From IMG/VR virus record IMGVR_UViG_3300032046_000001, positions 1 to 64,000 of that record: a stretch of DNA of 64,000 nt; one strand, written 5' to 3'. Under the pieces are notes generated by a model. It ran no database searches. It was given only the letters and a program-made list of their open reading frames with translations, and was not told the DNA's origin. A program made the position numbers and the translations under genes. The stretch's first letter is position 1. Every line of letters starts with the position of its first letter. This document shows positions 36,162 through 45,313 of the stretch, piece after piece.

Positions 36162-36881
36162 TTAACCCTTATCAAATGTGACATTGGGTAAACTACCAAG
36201 AGTCATCTTATCAACAAGATCTCTCTTCATTTCCTTACCTTCTTCTAATATTTCAGCTCCAAGAGGAATTTCACCAAACGGGGTTCTTAAATTTCCACCA
36301 CCATATCTTTGACGAATACGACCAATCAATATCATAATATCAGCAAGAGCAAGTTGACAAAATAATAATTGAAATTCATTTGGAATTTTTCTCAGATCTT
36401 CAGGATGGTTGCGTTCGTACTCAATAGTTATATTCCTAACATTAATTGGTGTTGGTGAGATGCGTACAATATTTGGATGGAAGAACTCGATCGTTCTATC
36501 GTAATTAGAGAATGTCTTCAACATACCCGCAATTTCGGTATCAAGTGCCCAACTTCTTAGTTCTCCTTGTGTAAATGGACCAAGAGGAGGAAATCCATTA
36601 ATTAAGTAATCACTCATATCTCCATACATGTTTTTAACATTGAGTATTTCCAATCCTTCTGGATCTTCAATATAGTACTCATTTCCACGTCCTGGTACTT
36701 GTGCGCTTTCAAGTAATGGATTCAAATATACTTTGTTTGTGTCAGGAAAATATCGTGAGAATTCACGAAGGGTATAATTTTTAAAATAATCGATAATTTT
36801 AGAATCATCTAATTCCAGAACCATGAATGAAAATCCTAAATTATCTTTTATATACTCTAAGACGCGCGTCTGAGTTAACAA
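36162..36881 (-). CDS. Neck/head-completion protein (T4 gp13-like)
   Basis: VLEYIKDNLG..LELDD..I..F..Y N-terminus and GRIRQRY.G..GEI.LG..I.EEG C-terminus; TTG start at 36881 after SD AAGGAG. Confidence 0.6.
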   Translation of the reverse strand: MLTQTRVLEYIKDNLGFSFMVLELDDSKIIDYFKNYTLREFSRYFPDTNKVYLNPLLESAQVPGRGNEYYIEDPEGLEILNVKNMYGDMSDYLINGFPPLGPFTQGELRSWALDTEIAGMLKTFSNYDRTIEFFHPNIVRISPTPINVRNITIEYERNHPEDLRKIPNEFQLLFCQLALADIMILIGRIRQRYGGGNLRTPFGEIPLGAEILEEGKEMKRDLVDKMTLGSLPNVTFDKG

Positions 36882-37567
36882 TGGATGTCTCCTTCTATTA
36901 ATGACCAACCTTTCCCAGATTTTATTCTAGAAACTGTTGATATACTAATGTTAAATATATTACTAATTTCTTTTTGAGTTATCTTTAACTGTTTTATAAT
37001 AGGAGAATTTGTAATTTTGTAAATAACTACAACTTGCCATTCTTTTAATTTAGAATTCGAATTATTTTCTCCTACATTTTTTTGACTTATTTTTAATTTT
37101 GTTTTGTTAGAAAGAAATTTTCCAATTCGTTTATTTCTCATTATTTCTTTTGATTTATTCGAATGTTTTTTTCCAAACATTGGATTCGACTCATCTTTAT
37201 TACCATTAATCATATGAAACACTCTATGTTCTTTTTTAGTCATTAAATTTAAATTTTCATAATAATTATCTTCTTTATTTTCATTAATATGATGAATACA
37301 CTCGTTTGATTTTAATTTATAATTATTAAAAATTTCAAATAGTAAAATATGAATTGACTTATTTTTAACTTTTCGATTTTTACACAAAACAATATAAAAA
37401 TATCCACTACTATCTTTATTTTGTCTTAATATTCTTCCTTCTTTGTATCTTTTAAAACTTTTAACTCTACCAAGATTACTGACTTGATAATCTGGATAAT
37501 CTTCTATAGTTTTCCAAACTTCATTTTCTAAATCACTAATGTCTAAATTTTCAAATATTTTAATCAT
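36875..37567 (-). CDS. NUMOD4-HNH homing-type endonuclease
   Basis: EVWKTIEDYPDYQVSNLGRVKS; CIHHINENKEDN..ENL; NPMFGKKHS; likely ATG at 37567. Confidence 0.9.
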   Translation of the reverse strand: MIKIFENLDISDLENEVWKTIEDYPDYQVSNLGRVKSFKRYKEGRILRQNKDSSGYFYIVLCKNRKVKNKSIHILLFEIFNNYKLKSNECIHHINENKEDNYYENLNLMTKKEHRVFHMINGNKDESNPMFGKKHSNKSKEIMRNKRIGKFLSNKTKLKISQKNVGENNSNSKLKEWQVVVIYKITNSPIIKQLKITQKEISNIFNISISTVSRIKSGKGWSLIEGDIHC

Positions 37568-37661
37568 TTTATAATCGCCTGTCAATTATTTCCTGAAATT
37601 AATTTAAAGAGAGCAGGAAGTTCAGGATTACTTCTTTTCGACGGCCAATCTATCTCTCTTT
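37568..37661 (-). ncRNA. Structured leader RNA element, copy B
   Basis: AAAGAGAG AUA GA-UUGGCCG-UC GAAAA GAAG-UAAUCCUGAA-CUUC CUG CUCUCUUU ... UUCAGGA ... ACAGG ... AUG. Confidence 0.75.
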
Positions 37662-37666
37662 TTTAT

Positions 37667-38002
37667 TTAAATGCTATTCCATAATACCATTGCTCTTTCT
37701 TTTCGTGGAACTTCTTGTTTTTCGCGTTCTATATCTAATTCGAGTTTCTTTTTTAATGGTGTTATTTCATCTATTTTTTTACCACATCTTAAACAAATTT
37801 TTTTGATATATCGTTTATCAAAATCTATAGGATCTTTTATTAATCTACAAGGTGGGGATTCTGGAGGCATAGGACGACCGTCAGTTATTTTTTTACAGTC
37901 TTCAAGATATCTTTGATGATGTTTTATATTACTTATTAATTGTACTTCTGTAATTCTTTCTAATATTTCCCAATCATGAAAACCTAATTTACACCAGTTC
38001 AT
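37667..38002 (-). CDS. Hypothetical protein with zinc-finger-like motif
   Basis: CKLGFHDW...CLRCGK. Confidence 0.65.
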   Translation of the reverse strand: MNWCKLGFHDWEILERITEVQLISNIKHHQRYLEDCKKITDGRPMPPESPPCRLIKDPIDFDKRYIKKICLRCGKKIDEITPLKKKLELDIEREKQEVPRKERAMVLWNSI

Positions 38003-38882
38003 TATCTAATATATCTCTTGTCTCACTTCGAATCGTATAATCATTATCATTTTTAGATTCATAAACTTGAAGGAGTCCATAAGTCAAATCAAATAATCTT
38101 CTAATCTTGGCATATACTTCTTTAGTATCACCTAAGTCTCTTCGAAAAACATCTTTATCTAATTTTTCATTAGTCTTGAGATCCCACAAACGACAAGTAT
38201 CAGGTGATATTTCATCAGCTAATATAAGATGTTGATCTTCAGTTCTGTGACCAAATTCGAGTTTCATATCGACCAGTAAAATTCCATGTTTTTCAAAAAA
38301 TTCTTTGATGTGAATATTGATAAGTTTAGTTAAATTTTTTATTTTGAATAAAATAATATCAACTTTACACTTATATATTGGAAGATATTCTTTTTCAGTT
38401 GGAACCTTTCTTATTAATCCCAATTTTCTAATATGGTCTTCTGTAATCATTGGATCGTCCAATTCATCACTTTTATAATAATACTCTATAATAGGTTCAA
38501 CTATTGGTGTTCCTTCTTCTATATCAAGTCTTTTTGATAAACTTCCAGCAACAACATTTCGAACAACAACTTCAATTGGAAGTATATTGACTCTATTAAC
38601 TAACATCTCCCTATCATTTAATTTAGTAATAAAATGAGTACTGATGTTATTACTGTGCAAATGAGAAAATAATATAGATGAAGAACTATTATTACAAATA
38701 CCCTTATCTTCAATTACAGCCTTCTTCTTTCCATTGAAAGCTGTTGCGTCATCATTAAATCGTTGTATTAAAATATTAGGATCATTAGTTTCAAATAATG
38801 TCTTTGCCTTACCAGAATAAAGTTCTTTTCCTCTTTTAATATGACCCCATTTAGGATCAGTATAATCAAATAAATCGTTCAT
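37989..38882 (-). CDS. purC: SAICAR synthetase
   Basis: LYSGKAK, DDATAFNG, PIEVVVRNVVAGS, YKSDELDDP, LVDMKLEFG, LADEISPDTCRLWD, DKDVFR; ATG at 38882 with SD GAGGAG. Confidence 0.95.
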   Translation of the reverse strand: MNDLFDYTDPKWGHIKRGKELYSGKAKTLFETNDPNILIQRFNDDATAFNGKKKAVIEDKGICNNSSSSILFSHLHSNNISTHFITKLNDREMLVNRVNILPIEVVVRNVVAGSLSKRLDIEEGTPIVEPIIEYYYKSDELDDPMITEDHIRKLGLIRKVPTEKEYLPIYKCKVDIILFKIKNLTKLINIHIKEFFEKHGILLVDMKLEFGHRTEDQHLILADEISPDTCRLWDLKTNEKLDKDVFRRDLGDTKEVYAKIRRLFDLTYGLLQVYESKNDNDYTIRSETRDILDNELV

Positions 38883-38889
38883 ATTCTCC

Positions 38890-40035
38890 TCAAAAATTCT
38901 CAAAATCAAAATCACTTCTATTAGAAAATAAGATATCAACATCTTCTTCTAATACTTCTACATTCCCTTTTCTTAGTGCCTTGTACATTGTATTTGACTC
39001 GGTGAAATTATCATTATTCAAAATATTAGTCACATAGTTTCTTTTAGCGATAATTTCTGTATTCGGTGGATCTTTAAAAACTTCGGATATTATTTTAAAC
39101 CACACCAATCTTAAATTATTAGATATAATTGAAGTTTTATTTTCTTCTTCAATTATTTTTGATATAGTTTTATCATTACTATTTTTTATAAATATTTTTT
39201 TCTTATTGAGAACATTATGATATAAATCTTCCATACTACCAACACACTCAATTAGACCACTGATTATTTTTGGAATGGTTTTAGGACCAATACTTTTAAT
39301 CTTAGGAACATCATCAGTTTTATCACCAAGTACAGCCATAACCAATGGAAAATATTTATCTGGTATGTCAACTTTAAATTTTAAATATGTTGACATAATT
39401 TCACCTTTTTTAACTATCTTTATTTTCTGACCTGATTTACAAAATTGATATATGTCACTTCCGAGAGAAATAGTCTGAAATAAATCATGATCATTTGAAT
39501 AAATTATATTACATGAATCTTGTAATGTAATCAATGAATTACTTATAAGATAGTATGGAATAAAATCAGCTTCGAAATTTTGTAACAAAAATAATTTACA
39601 ACTTGGAATTTTATTTATAACTTTTTCGGATAATTTCAAATTATTTTGAATAGTAGAAAAAAATACATCTTTGTCTATTTGATTAAGATTAAATAAATCA
39701 CCAATTTTACGATTACTTTTATAATTTTTATCAATATTCGTATGATAATATGAATGTCCCATTTCTGCGAAAAATATGAAATTAATATCGAGACTACGTT
39801 TTATCGCATATTTTTTATGGAATGAAAGAAAAGATATCAAAGACTCAAAAATAGAAGTATCAATAAATTTAGAATATTTTGTAGATTCTACAATATTAAC
39901 AACAAATTCTTCCAAATAGAGACAATTTAAGATGTTACGTAAATCTATAAATAAATTTAAAATTTTATAATTATTAGAATATGATAAAATGTTGTCTAAA
40001 ATCGAATATGTGGGGTAATAAGAAATGACGTTCAT
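38890..40035 (-). CDS. 5'-3' exonuclease / T4 RNase H-like (FEN family)
   Basis: FID, YKSNR, FEADFI, SNDHDLFQ, LGDKTDDVPKIKSIGPKT; ATG at 40035 coupled to the upstream mini-ORF. Confidence 0.85.
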   Translation of the reverse strand: MNVISYYPTYSILDNILSYSNNYKILNLFIDLRNILNCLYLEEFVVNIVESTKYSKFIDTSIFESLISFLSFHKKYAIKRSLDINFIFFAEMGHSYYHTNIDKNYKSNRKIGDLFNLNQIDKDVFFSTIQNNLKLSEKVINKIPSCKLFLLQNFEADFIPYYLISNSLITLQDSCNIIYSNDHDLFQTISLGSDIYQFCKSGQKIKIVKKGEIMSTYLKFKVDIPDKYFPLVMAVLGDKTDDVPKIKSIGPKTIPKIISGLIECVGSMEDLYHNVLNKKKIFIKNSNDKTISKIIEEENKTSIISNNLRLVWFKIISEVFKDPPNTEIIAKRNYVTNILNNDNFTESNTMYKALRKGNVEVLEEDVDILFSNRSDFDFENF

Positions 40036-40085
40036 AACTGTCCTGACCATCGAGGATCTAAATAAGTATAAATATAATAATTCAT
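40032..40085 (-). pseudogene. 17-codon remnant of a GIY-YIG-like endonuclease
   Basis: MNYYIYTYLDPRWSGQL* versus MNKFYIYIYLDPRKSGRY of 34470..35219; intact SD AGGAG. Confidence 0.75.
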
Positions 40086-40178
40086 AAATAATCTCCTGTT
40101 AATTATTTCCTGAAAAGAAAAAGAGAGAAGGAAGTTCAGGATTACTTCTTTTTCGAGCTTAAGTCTCTATCTCTCTTA
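40086..40178 (-). ncRNA. Structured leader RNA element, copy C
   Basis: AAGAGAG AUA GAG-ACUUAAG-CUC GAAAAA GAAG-UAAUCCUGAA-CUUC CUU CUCUCUU ... UUCAGGA ... ACAGGAG ... AUG. Confidence 0.75.
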
Positions 40179-40185
40179 TTATCCA

Positions 40186-41676
40186 TTAAGAAACCTTCCC
40201 AAATCTTGAGTAATATAATCTTGATTTAATAACATCAAATTTATCAGCAAATTTAGAACCATAACGTTTCTTGGATTCATCTTTTGTCATCATACCCCAT
40301 TGTTCTGGAACTAATTTGACAGCAACATCACCAATAACAACTTTTAATTTACGATCATGTTCTAAAATAATATCAAAACCAGTTTCCTTAGATTCTTCTT
40401 GAATCATAAGACCAATATTGGCAAAATTTAAAATTCGTTGAAATACTTCAGAAAACTTTGCACCATATTTTTCTCTAACCTGTACTGGTGTTGATTGTAA
40501 CCAGTTAACATAACTTTGTTTAACTTCTATATCATCAATTGAAACTTTTAAACCATCTGGTTCTAAAAAGAACTCAATCGATTTAAATTTAGGAATAAAA
40601 ACAGTATCAAGAACTTCACCTGTGTCTGTACCACAAAGTTGTAAACAAACAGGATCGCTCATTTCTCTATCAAATTCATAGTATTTGTTTCTAACCACTT
40701 TTACAGTAATGTTTTTATTGTTATTTCTATATAATTTTTTCAGTACATTAGTTATCTTAATGGTATCAACAGAACCATATAGTAGGTCAGCACTATTATC
40801 TTCAAAAATCAAATTCATATTACATTGTAAATGATGAAGTTGATCAGACACATTCAATATATCAGTCTTTTCTTTTATTTCAGAGTCTTTCTCTTTAACT
40901 CCAAATTTAACAGTAGGTGTTTCATTTGTTAGATCAAGCAGACATGTTAATTCATGACACTCATCAAGTTCTGTATTGCCAATTTCATCTATGACTTTTT
41001 TCAAATCATTACATGTTTCAATTTTATCTTGTTCTGGAATTAGATCTTTAGTTTCTTTTTCAACAGTCACTAAAACAAGATTAGGTTCAGTTGTTTTATC
41101 AACAGTAGCAACAATCTTTGCTCTATCACCATCACGATCAATAATTTCTTTTTCAAATCGATCTTCAGTTTCTCCAGAAATTTTTGTCACATCTTTTATC
41201 ACGTTTTCTTCTTCCTCGACAACTTTTTTAAACTTTTCCATTTCTTTTATAGTTTTTTCATTTTTCTTATCTATCAATTTACCACATGATTCAACAATCT
41301 TTTCAAGTGGAACATTGATATTGCCAGAATTTTCTTTTTCTAAAAATTTTCTATACTGATTTACAAATGTTTTATTATTTGGATCGTTATTTATTTTTAA
41401 AAACTCTTCAGGATCAGGATATTCATTTGGGTAGAAGTCTAAATCGAAAACATTTATTGGCATGATTACGTCAAATTTATAATCTGATGGTAATGTAAGT
41501 ATTTTATCATTTCGTCCAACTTTTTCTAAACTGAAAACGAGTCTTGGAATATCTTCAGATTCATCAACATGACATATAATATAATAATCTTTGTTCAAGA
41601 TATGTTCACATTTCTGACCAGCTTCAAGTAGGATCAATCTTATTTTATTAATTTCATCTCGTTCAAATGGAGTCAT
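40186..41676 (-). CDS. Hypothetical protein (496 aa)
   Basis: Long acidic ORF; two similar C-terminal units (LKV.I.D..VK...W......KYG.KF). Confidence 0.7.
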   Translation of the reverse strand: MTPFERDEINKIRLILLEAGQKCEHILNKDYYIICHVDESEDIPRLVFSLEKVGRNDKILTLPSDYKFDVIMPINVFDLDFYPNEYPDPEEFLKINNDPNNKTFVNQYRKFLEKENSGNINVPLEKIVESCGKLIDKKNEKTIKEMEKFKKVVEEEENVIKDVTKISGETEDRFEKEIIDRDGDRAKIVATVDKTTEPNLVLVTVEKETKDLIPEQDKIETCNDLKKVIDEIGNTELDECHELTCLLDLTNETPTVKFGVKEKDSEIKEKTDILNVSDQLHHLQCNMNLIFEDNSADLLYGSVDTIKITNVLKKLYRNNNKNITVKVVRNKYYEFDREMSDPVCLQLCGTDTGEVLDTVFIPKFKSIEFFLEPDGLKVSIDDIEVKQSYVNWLQSTPVQVREKYGAKFSEVFQRILNFANIGLMIQEESKETGFDIILEHDRKLKVVIGDVAVKLVPEQWGMMTKDESKKRYGSKFADKFDVIKSRLYYSRFGKVS

Positions 41677-42359
41677 TTCTGAATCTCCCCAAGCTTCTCA
41701 GATATCTCTTTTTCTTTAGTAAATAAATTCCACTCTTTTGATTTATCTATTTTTTCTTGTCCAACTTCATCTACAATTTTATAAGAATAAATTTTTTCAA
41801 CTGCTTCTGTATGATGCTTTTCATAATCTACAGCAGCAGCATGAAGATCTTCATAATTATCTTTTTCATTAGGAACTTTTACAATCTTGGTTTCACCATC
41901 AACATTTTGAATATCAAGTACCACTGATTTATCCATAGATTCTTTTAATTTTTTCTTGGTTTCCGTCATCTTTTTTACACGATCAAGAGGACGTACAACT
42001 AATTTACCATTCGTATCAAAAAACATTTCAGTCTCTTGAATACTATCATCTATTTTTGTGATTGTATCCAAAATCGTATGTGCCAAGTTTTTAATTTTAC
42101 TTAGATAAGGATCAAATATGTGTCCACATTCTTGTTGAAAATATGCGTCATTAAGATGAGTCCATTCTTGATATGTCATAGAAATTGAATATTTTCCAAG
42201 TGTCACAGTTAAATTATCTGGTTCAGCCGAAATTGTGATTAATGAATTGAGATAATCATAATCTCTTTGAATGTCTTTTTCTAATTTAAGTAAGGCATAA
42301 TCAATCATATCCTTGTGTTTATAATACTCTCGTTTTGGTTTCCTATTCACCTTCGGCAT
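41673..42359 (-). CDS. Hypothetical protein
   Basis: ORF shares PYLSKIK..A with 42347..42736. Confidence 0.65.
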   Translation of the reverse strand: MPKVNRKPKREYYKHKDMIDYALLKLEKDIQRDYDYLNSLITISAEPDNLTVTLGKYSISMTYQEWTHLNDAYFQQECGHIFDPYLSKIKNLAHTILDTITKIDDSIQETEMFFDTNGKLVVRPLDRVKKMTETKKKLKESMDKSVVLDIQNVDGETKIVKVPNEKDNYEDLHAAAVDYEKHHTEAVEKIYSYKIVDEVGQEKIDKSKEWNLFTKEKEISEKLGEIQK

Positions 42360-42736
42360 TTTTGGTGATGTTCATCATATAACTCATGAACAAATTCTTT
42401 AAATTCGATTTCAATATTTCTATATAATCTTTTTTTATTAACTTCGATCATGACTTGAACATAGTAACTATCTTCGTTTCTATAAAATTCAGAAATTTTA
42501 ACTGAATCATAGAACCGTGTCACTTCTAAAGCACGATCTTTTATTTTAGATAAATATGGAATGAGTAAGTTCCATTTTTCTTGTTTGATATAATCTGGAT
42601 AATTATTTTCATCAAAGGTTAACCATTCATCATAATCATATGGACCAAACCATTGTCTACCATCTTGTAAAATTGCTACTATACTATAATCACCATTAAT
42701 CTCAATATTTTCATCTACATAATCTTTTAAATACAT
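42347..42736 (-). CDS. Hypothetical protein
   Basis: ORF with SD GGGAG. Confidence 0.65.
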   Translation of the reverse strand: MYLKDYVDENIEINGDYSIVAILQDGRQWFGPYDYDEWLTFDENNYPDYIKQEKWNLLIPYLSKIKDRALEVTRFYDSVKISEFYRNEDSYYVQVMIEVNKKRLYRNIEIEFKEFVHELYDEHHQKCRR

Positions 42737-42753
42737 TTTTTAAATCTCCCAAT

Positions 42754-43404
42754 TCATATAACATTGTACCATGATCTTCCATTTTTAATATTTGAAATAG
42801 TACTCTGATCAATATTATATATTTTTGATATATCTTTATTTTTAAATTTCAATTTTAATAACATTTTAATTTGGATAATTTGTTTAATAACTAATTTATG
42901 ATTTGTATTATTTTCTCCTATAAATTTTCCATTAAGTGATTCACTTATTCTTTGTTTTGTTATATCAGATCTATGTTTTCCAAAATTTGGATTATTTTCT
43001 CCTTTCATGTGTTCGCTAATTTTTTGTTTGTGTCTATCTGATAATTTTCTTCCTATTGTGTTTTTATTATTAATTTTATGTAAACTATTATGATCTGATT
43101 TTGTTTTCTTTTCTAAATTTTTCCAATAATTATTTTTTATATTTTCATCTTTGTGATGGACACACTCATCCTGTTTTAATTTATCATTATAGAAAGTTTC
43201 ATAAACTAATATATGAATTTTTTTACTTTTACCATGATCATTTCTATATAAACTAATCTGAAAATAACCATGAGAATCTGTACATAATTTTAATATTTTT
43301 TCTTTATTAAATTTCAGTGACTTTATTTTTCCAAAGTCACTGATCAAATAATCTGAATATTCATTAATTATTTTCCATGTTTCTTTATTCTTCATCTTCA
43401 TCAT
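42754..43404 (-). CDS. NUMOD4-HNH homing-type endonuclease
   Basis: ETWKIINEYSDYLISDFGKIKS; CVHHKDENIKNNYWKNLE; NPNFGKHRS; HTH. Confidence 0.88.
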   Translation of the reverse strand: MMKMKNKETWKIINEYSDYLISDFGKIKSLKFNKEKILKLCTDSHGYFQISLYRNDHGKSKKIHILVYETFYNDKLKQDECVHHKDENIKNNYWKNLEKKTKSDHNSLHKINNKNTIGRKLSDRHKQKISEHMKGENNPNFGKHRSDITKQRISESLNGKFIGENNTNHKLVIKQIIQIKMLLKLKFKNKDISKIYNIDQSTISNIKNGRSWYNVI

Positions 43405-43663
43405 CTTCGGTTATTTCATCATCATAACCATCTTGAAATTCACTGTCTTCATCAACATTTTCATATCTCTCAACCAATTCTAAGATATCAATACCAGTAT
43501 GTGTAGGTATTGTCCCACTCCCAGAACAAATTGGACATGTCGTAGTTGGTTCTGGTTCATCGCCGTTCCAACCATTAAGATCCCATTCTAAAAATTTCGG
43601 ATTTATAACTTCACATGTCCCATTACAAAAAGGACATACTGTTTCTAAATAATCTTCTTCCAT
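43385..43663 (-). CDS. Small DnaJ-type zinc-finger protein with acidic tail
   Basis: CPFCNGTC and CPICSGSG. Confidence 0.7.
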   Translation of the reverse strand: MEEDYLETVCPFCNGTCEVINPKFLEWDLNGWNGDEPEPTTTCPICSGSGTIPTHTGIDILELVERYENVDEDSEFQDGYDDEITEDDEDEE

Positions 43664-43673
43664 AATTTACCTC

Positions 43674-43704
43674 TCCCAATAAATGATAATCATTTTTAAA
43701 TCTC
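43674..43704. promoter_or_regulatory. Fur-box-like palindrome / left inverted repeat
   Basis: tcccaat-AAATGATAATCATTT-ttaaatctc; inverted copy at 44593-44623. Confidence 0.55.
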
Positions 43705-43718
43705 AATTCACCATTTTG

Positions 43719-44528
43719 TTAGATTAAACATGTTCCACAATTAGGGCAAAATTTAAAATTAGTTTTATATTTTCTTCCACATGTAGGACATTGAATATTT
43801 GTTTTTAAATAGATTGGTTTTGATACTTCAGTCTGATTTGTTTTACCTTTCAATTTGATAACCATAGTATATATTGTTGATTCTAATTCACCAATATATC
43901 CATAACTAAAACCTTGATTAGATATTGATCCTTTAACAGTGATGCCATCATTAGGTTGTTCTACTGTGCTCGCATAGTATGCGTTTGAAATAGTAGAGCA
44001 TTGTATATTGTCGGCACAATGTGGTGAATCACACAAACTACGACCAAGGGTCATACCTCTAACAGTAGATCCATCAAAAGTATTATCGAAATAATAATAT
44101 TTTTCATTCCAGTGCCATTCTGATGAATCAATCATTCTGAATGGAACACCAGGAGTTATATACGATTGTTTATCTTTTTCAAATTGAAATTTAATTTCAA
44201 TTAAACCATCATCTATTTTATCTCCACGAAAATTTGATATTTCTTGAGTCTTTTCAATAAATTTAAATTTATTGCCTTGATTGAAATTATTATTTATAAT
44301 AAATCTCTCAATATTTGTTTCAATATCGGGATATAAAATAATCTGATTTCCATCTAAAACATCAGTACCATCTATTTTAATAGAAGCAACGGCTTTCTTT
44401 GTTCCAAGAGATTTGAGCGATAGTTTATATTCATTTCCAAATGGAATATAAACCGTATCATCATATTCTCTTAAAATTTTTCCATTATCATCTTTTACTA
44501 CACATATAAGTTTATTCTTATACATCAT
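43719..44528 (-). CDS. Hypothetical phage protein with C-terminal double zinc ribbon
   Basis: CPTCG..FKFCPNCGT; SD AAGGAG before the ATG at 44528. Confidence 0.75.
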   Translation of the reverse strand: MMYKNKLICVVKDDNGKILREYDDTVYIPFGNEYKLSLKSLGTKKAVASIKIDGTDVLDGNQIILYPDIETNIERFIINNNFNQGNKFKFIEKTQEISNFRGDKIDDGLIEIKFQFEKDKQSYITPGVPFRMIDSSEWHWNEKYYYFDNTFDGSTVRGMTLGRSLCDSPHCADNIQCSTISNAYYASTVEQPNDGITVKGSISNQGFSYGYIGELESTIYTMVIKLKGKTNQTEVSKPIYLKTNIQCPTCGRKYKTNFKFCPNCGTCLI

Positions 44529-44592
44529 TGAATCTCTCCTTTTATTTAAGGCCATCAGTTAAGACCTAATTTTTTTAAACTGATTAAATTTA

Positions 44593-44623
44593 GAGATTCT
44601 AAATGATTATCATTTATTTGGGA
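44593..44623. promoter_or_regulatory. Fur-box-like palindrome / right inverted repeat
   Basis: gagattct-AAATGATTATCATTT-atttggga. Confidence 0.55.
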
Positions 44624-44630
44624 AAATTAT

Positions 44631-44966
44631 TTAATCTTTATATTTATTAGTCATGTGTTGACTAAATTCTGAAATTTCATAATTTCCTGATTCATAGCTC
44701 TGTTTCTGTCTATCAGAAAATTCTTTTTTCTGAAGTTTCCTTTGTTCTTCTCTCTCATAATGAAGTTCATGACTTATTTCTATTACTTCCATTTTATTTA
44801 ATGATTCATATAATTTTTTACATTCTTGAGTACATAAATAATTAATTATTGGATAATCATCATATGTTATTCTTCCACATAAATAACATCTATTCATATA
44901 TTTTTTTATATCACCATGTGACAACTCATCATCAAATTCAAGTATTTTATTTTTTAATTCATTCAT
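44631..44966 (-). CDS. Hypothetical protein with CxxC...CxxxC motif
   Basis: CYLCG...LCTQEC. Confidence 0.6.
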   Translation of the reverse strand: MNELKNKILEFDDELSHGDIKKYMNRCYLCGRITYDDYPIINYLCTQECKKLYESLNKMEVIEISHELHYEREEQRKLQKKEFSDRQKQSYESGNYEISEFSQHMTNKYKD

Positions 44967-45010
44967 GGTTTTTATTTTTTCTCCATTTTTATTATTATTT
45001 TAAATTTATA

Positions 45011-45265
45011 CTATCTCCGTGCTTGTGATCGCACTCTTGCACTATACTTTCTCATTAATTGTTCTTTTGCTTTTTTATACATAGCTTTGTAACGCAACAT
45101 ATTTTTGTAAAGGGGATCATTTTTCTTTCTAGCAGCACTACTTGCTAAAGAACCTATAGCACGATTGATTTTTGCCTGTCTAGAAATTGTTGATCTTGAT
45201 GTTCTCTTGACTTCTTCAAGATTATCATCAAAAAGCTCTTCTAAATACTGTTCCAATAGAGTCAT
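45011..45265 (-). CDS. Small basic hypothetical protein
   Basis: SD GAGG; acidic N-terminus followed by a basic helix. Confidence 0.65.
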   Translation of the reverse strand: MTLLEQYLEELFDDNLEEVKRTSRSTISRQAKINRAIGSLASSAARKKNDPLYKNMLRYKAMYKKAKEQLMRKYSARVRSQARR

Positions 45266-45313
45266 ATTAAATTCCTCTAAAATTATGTTATCATCAAATA
45301 AAAAATAATTTGA

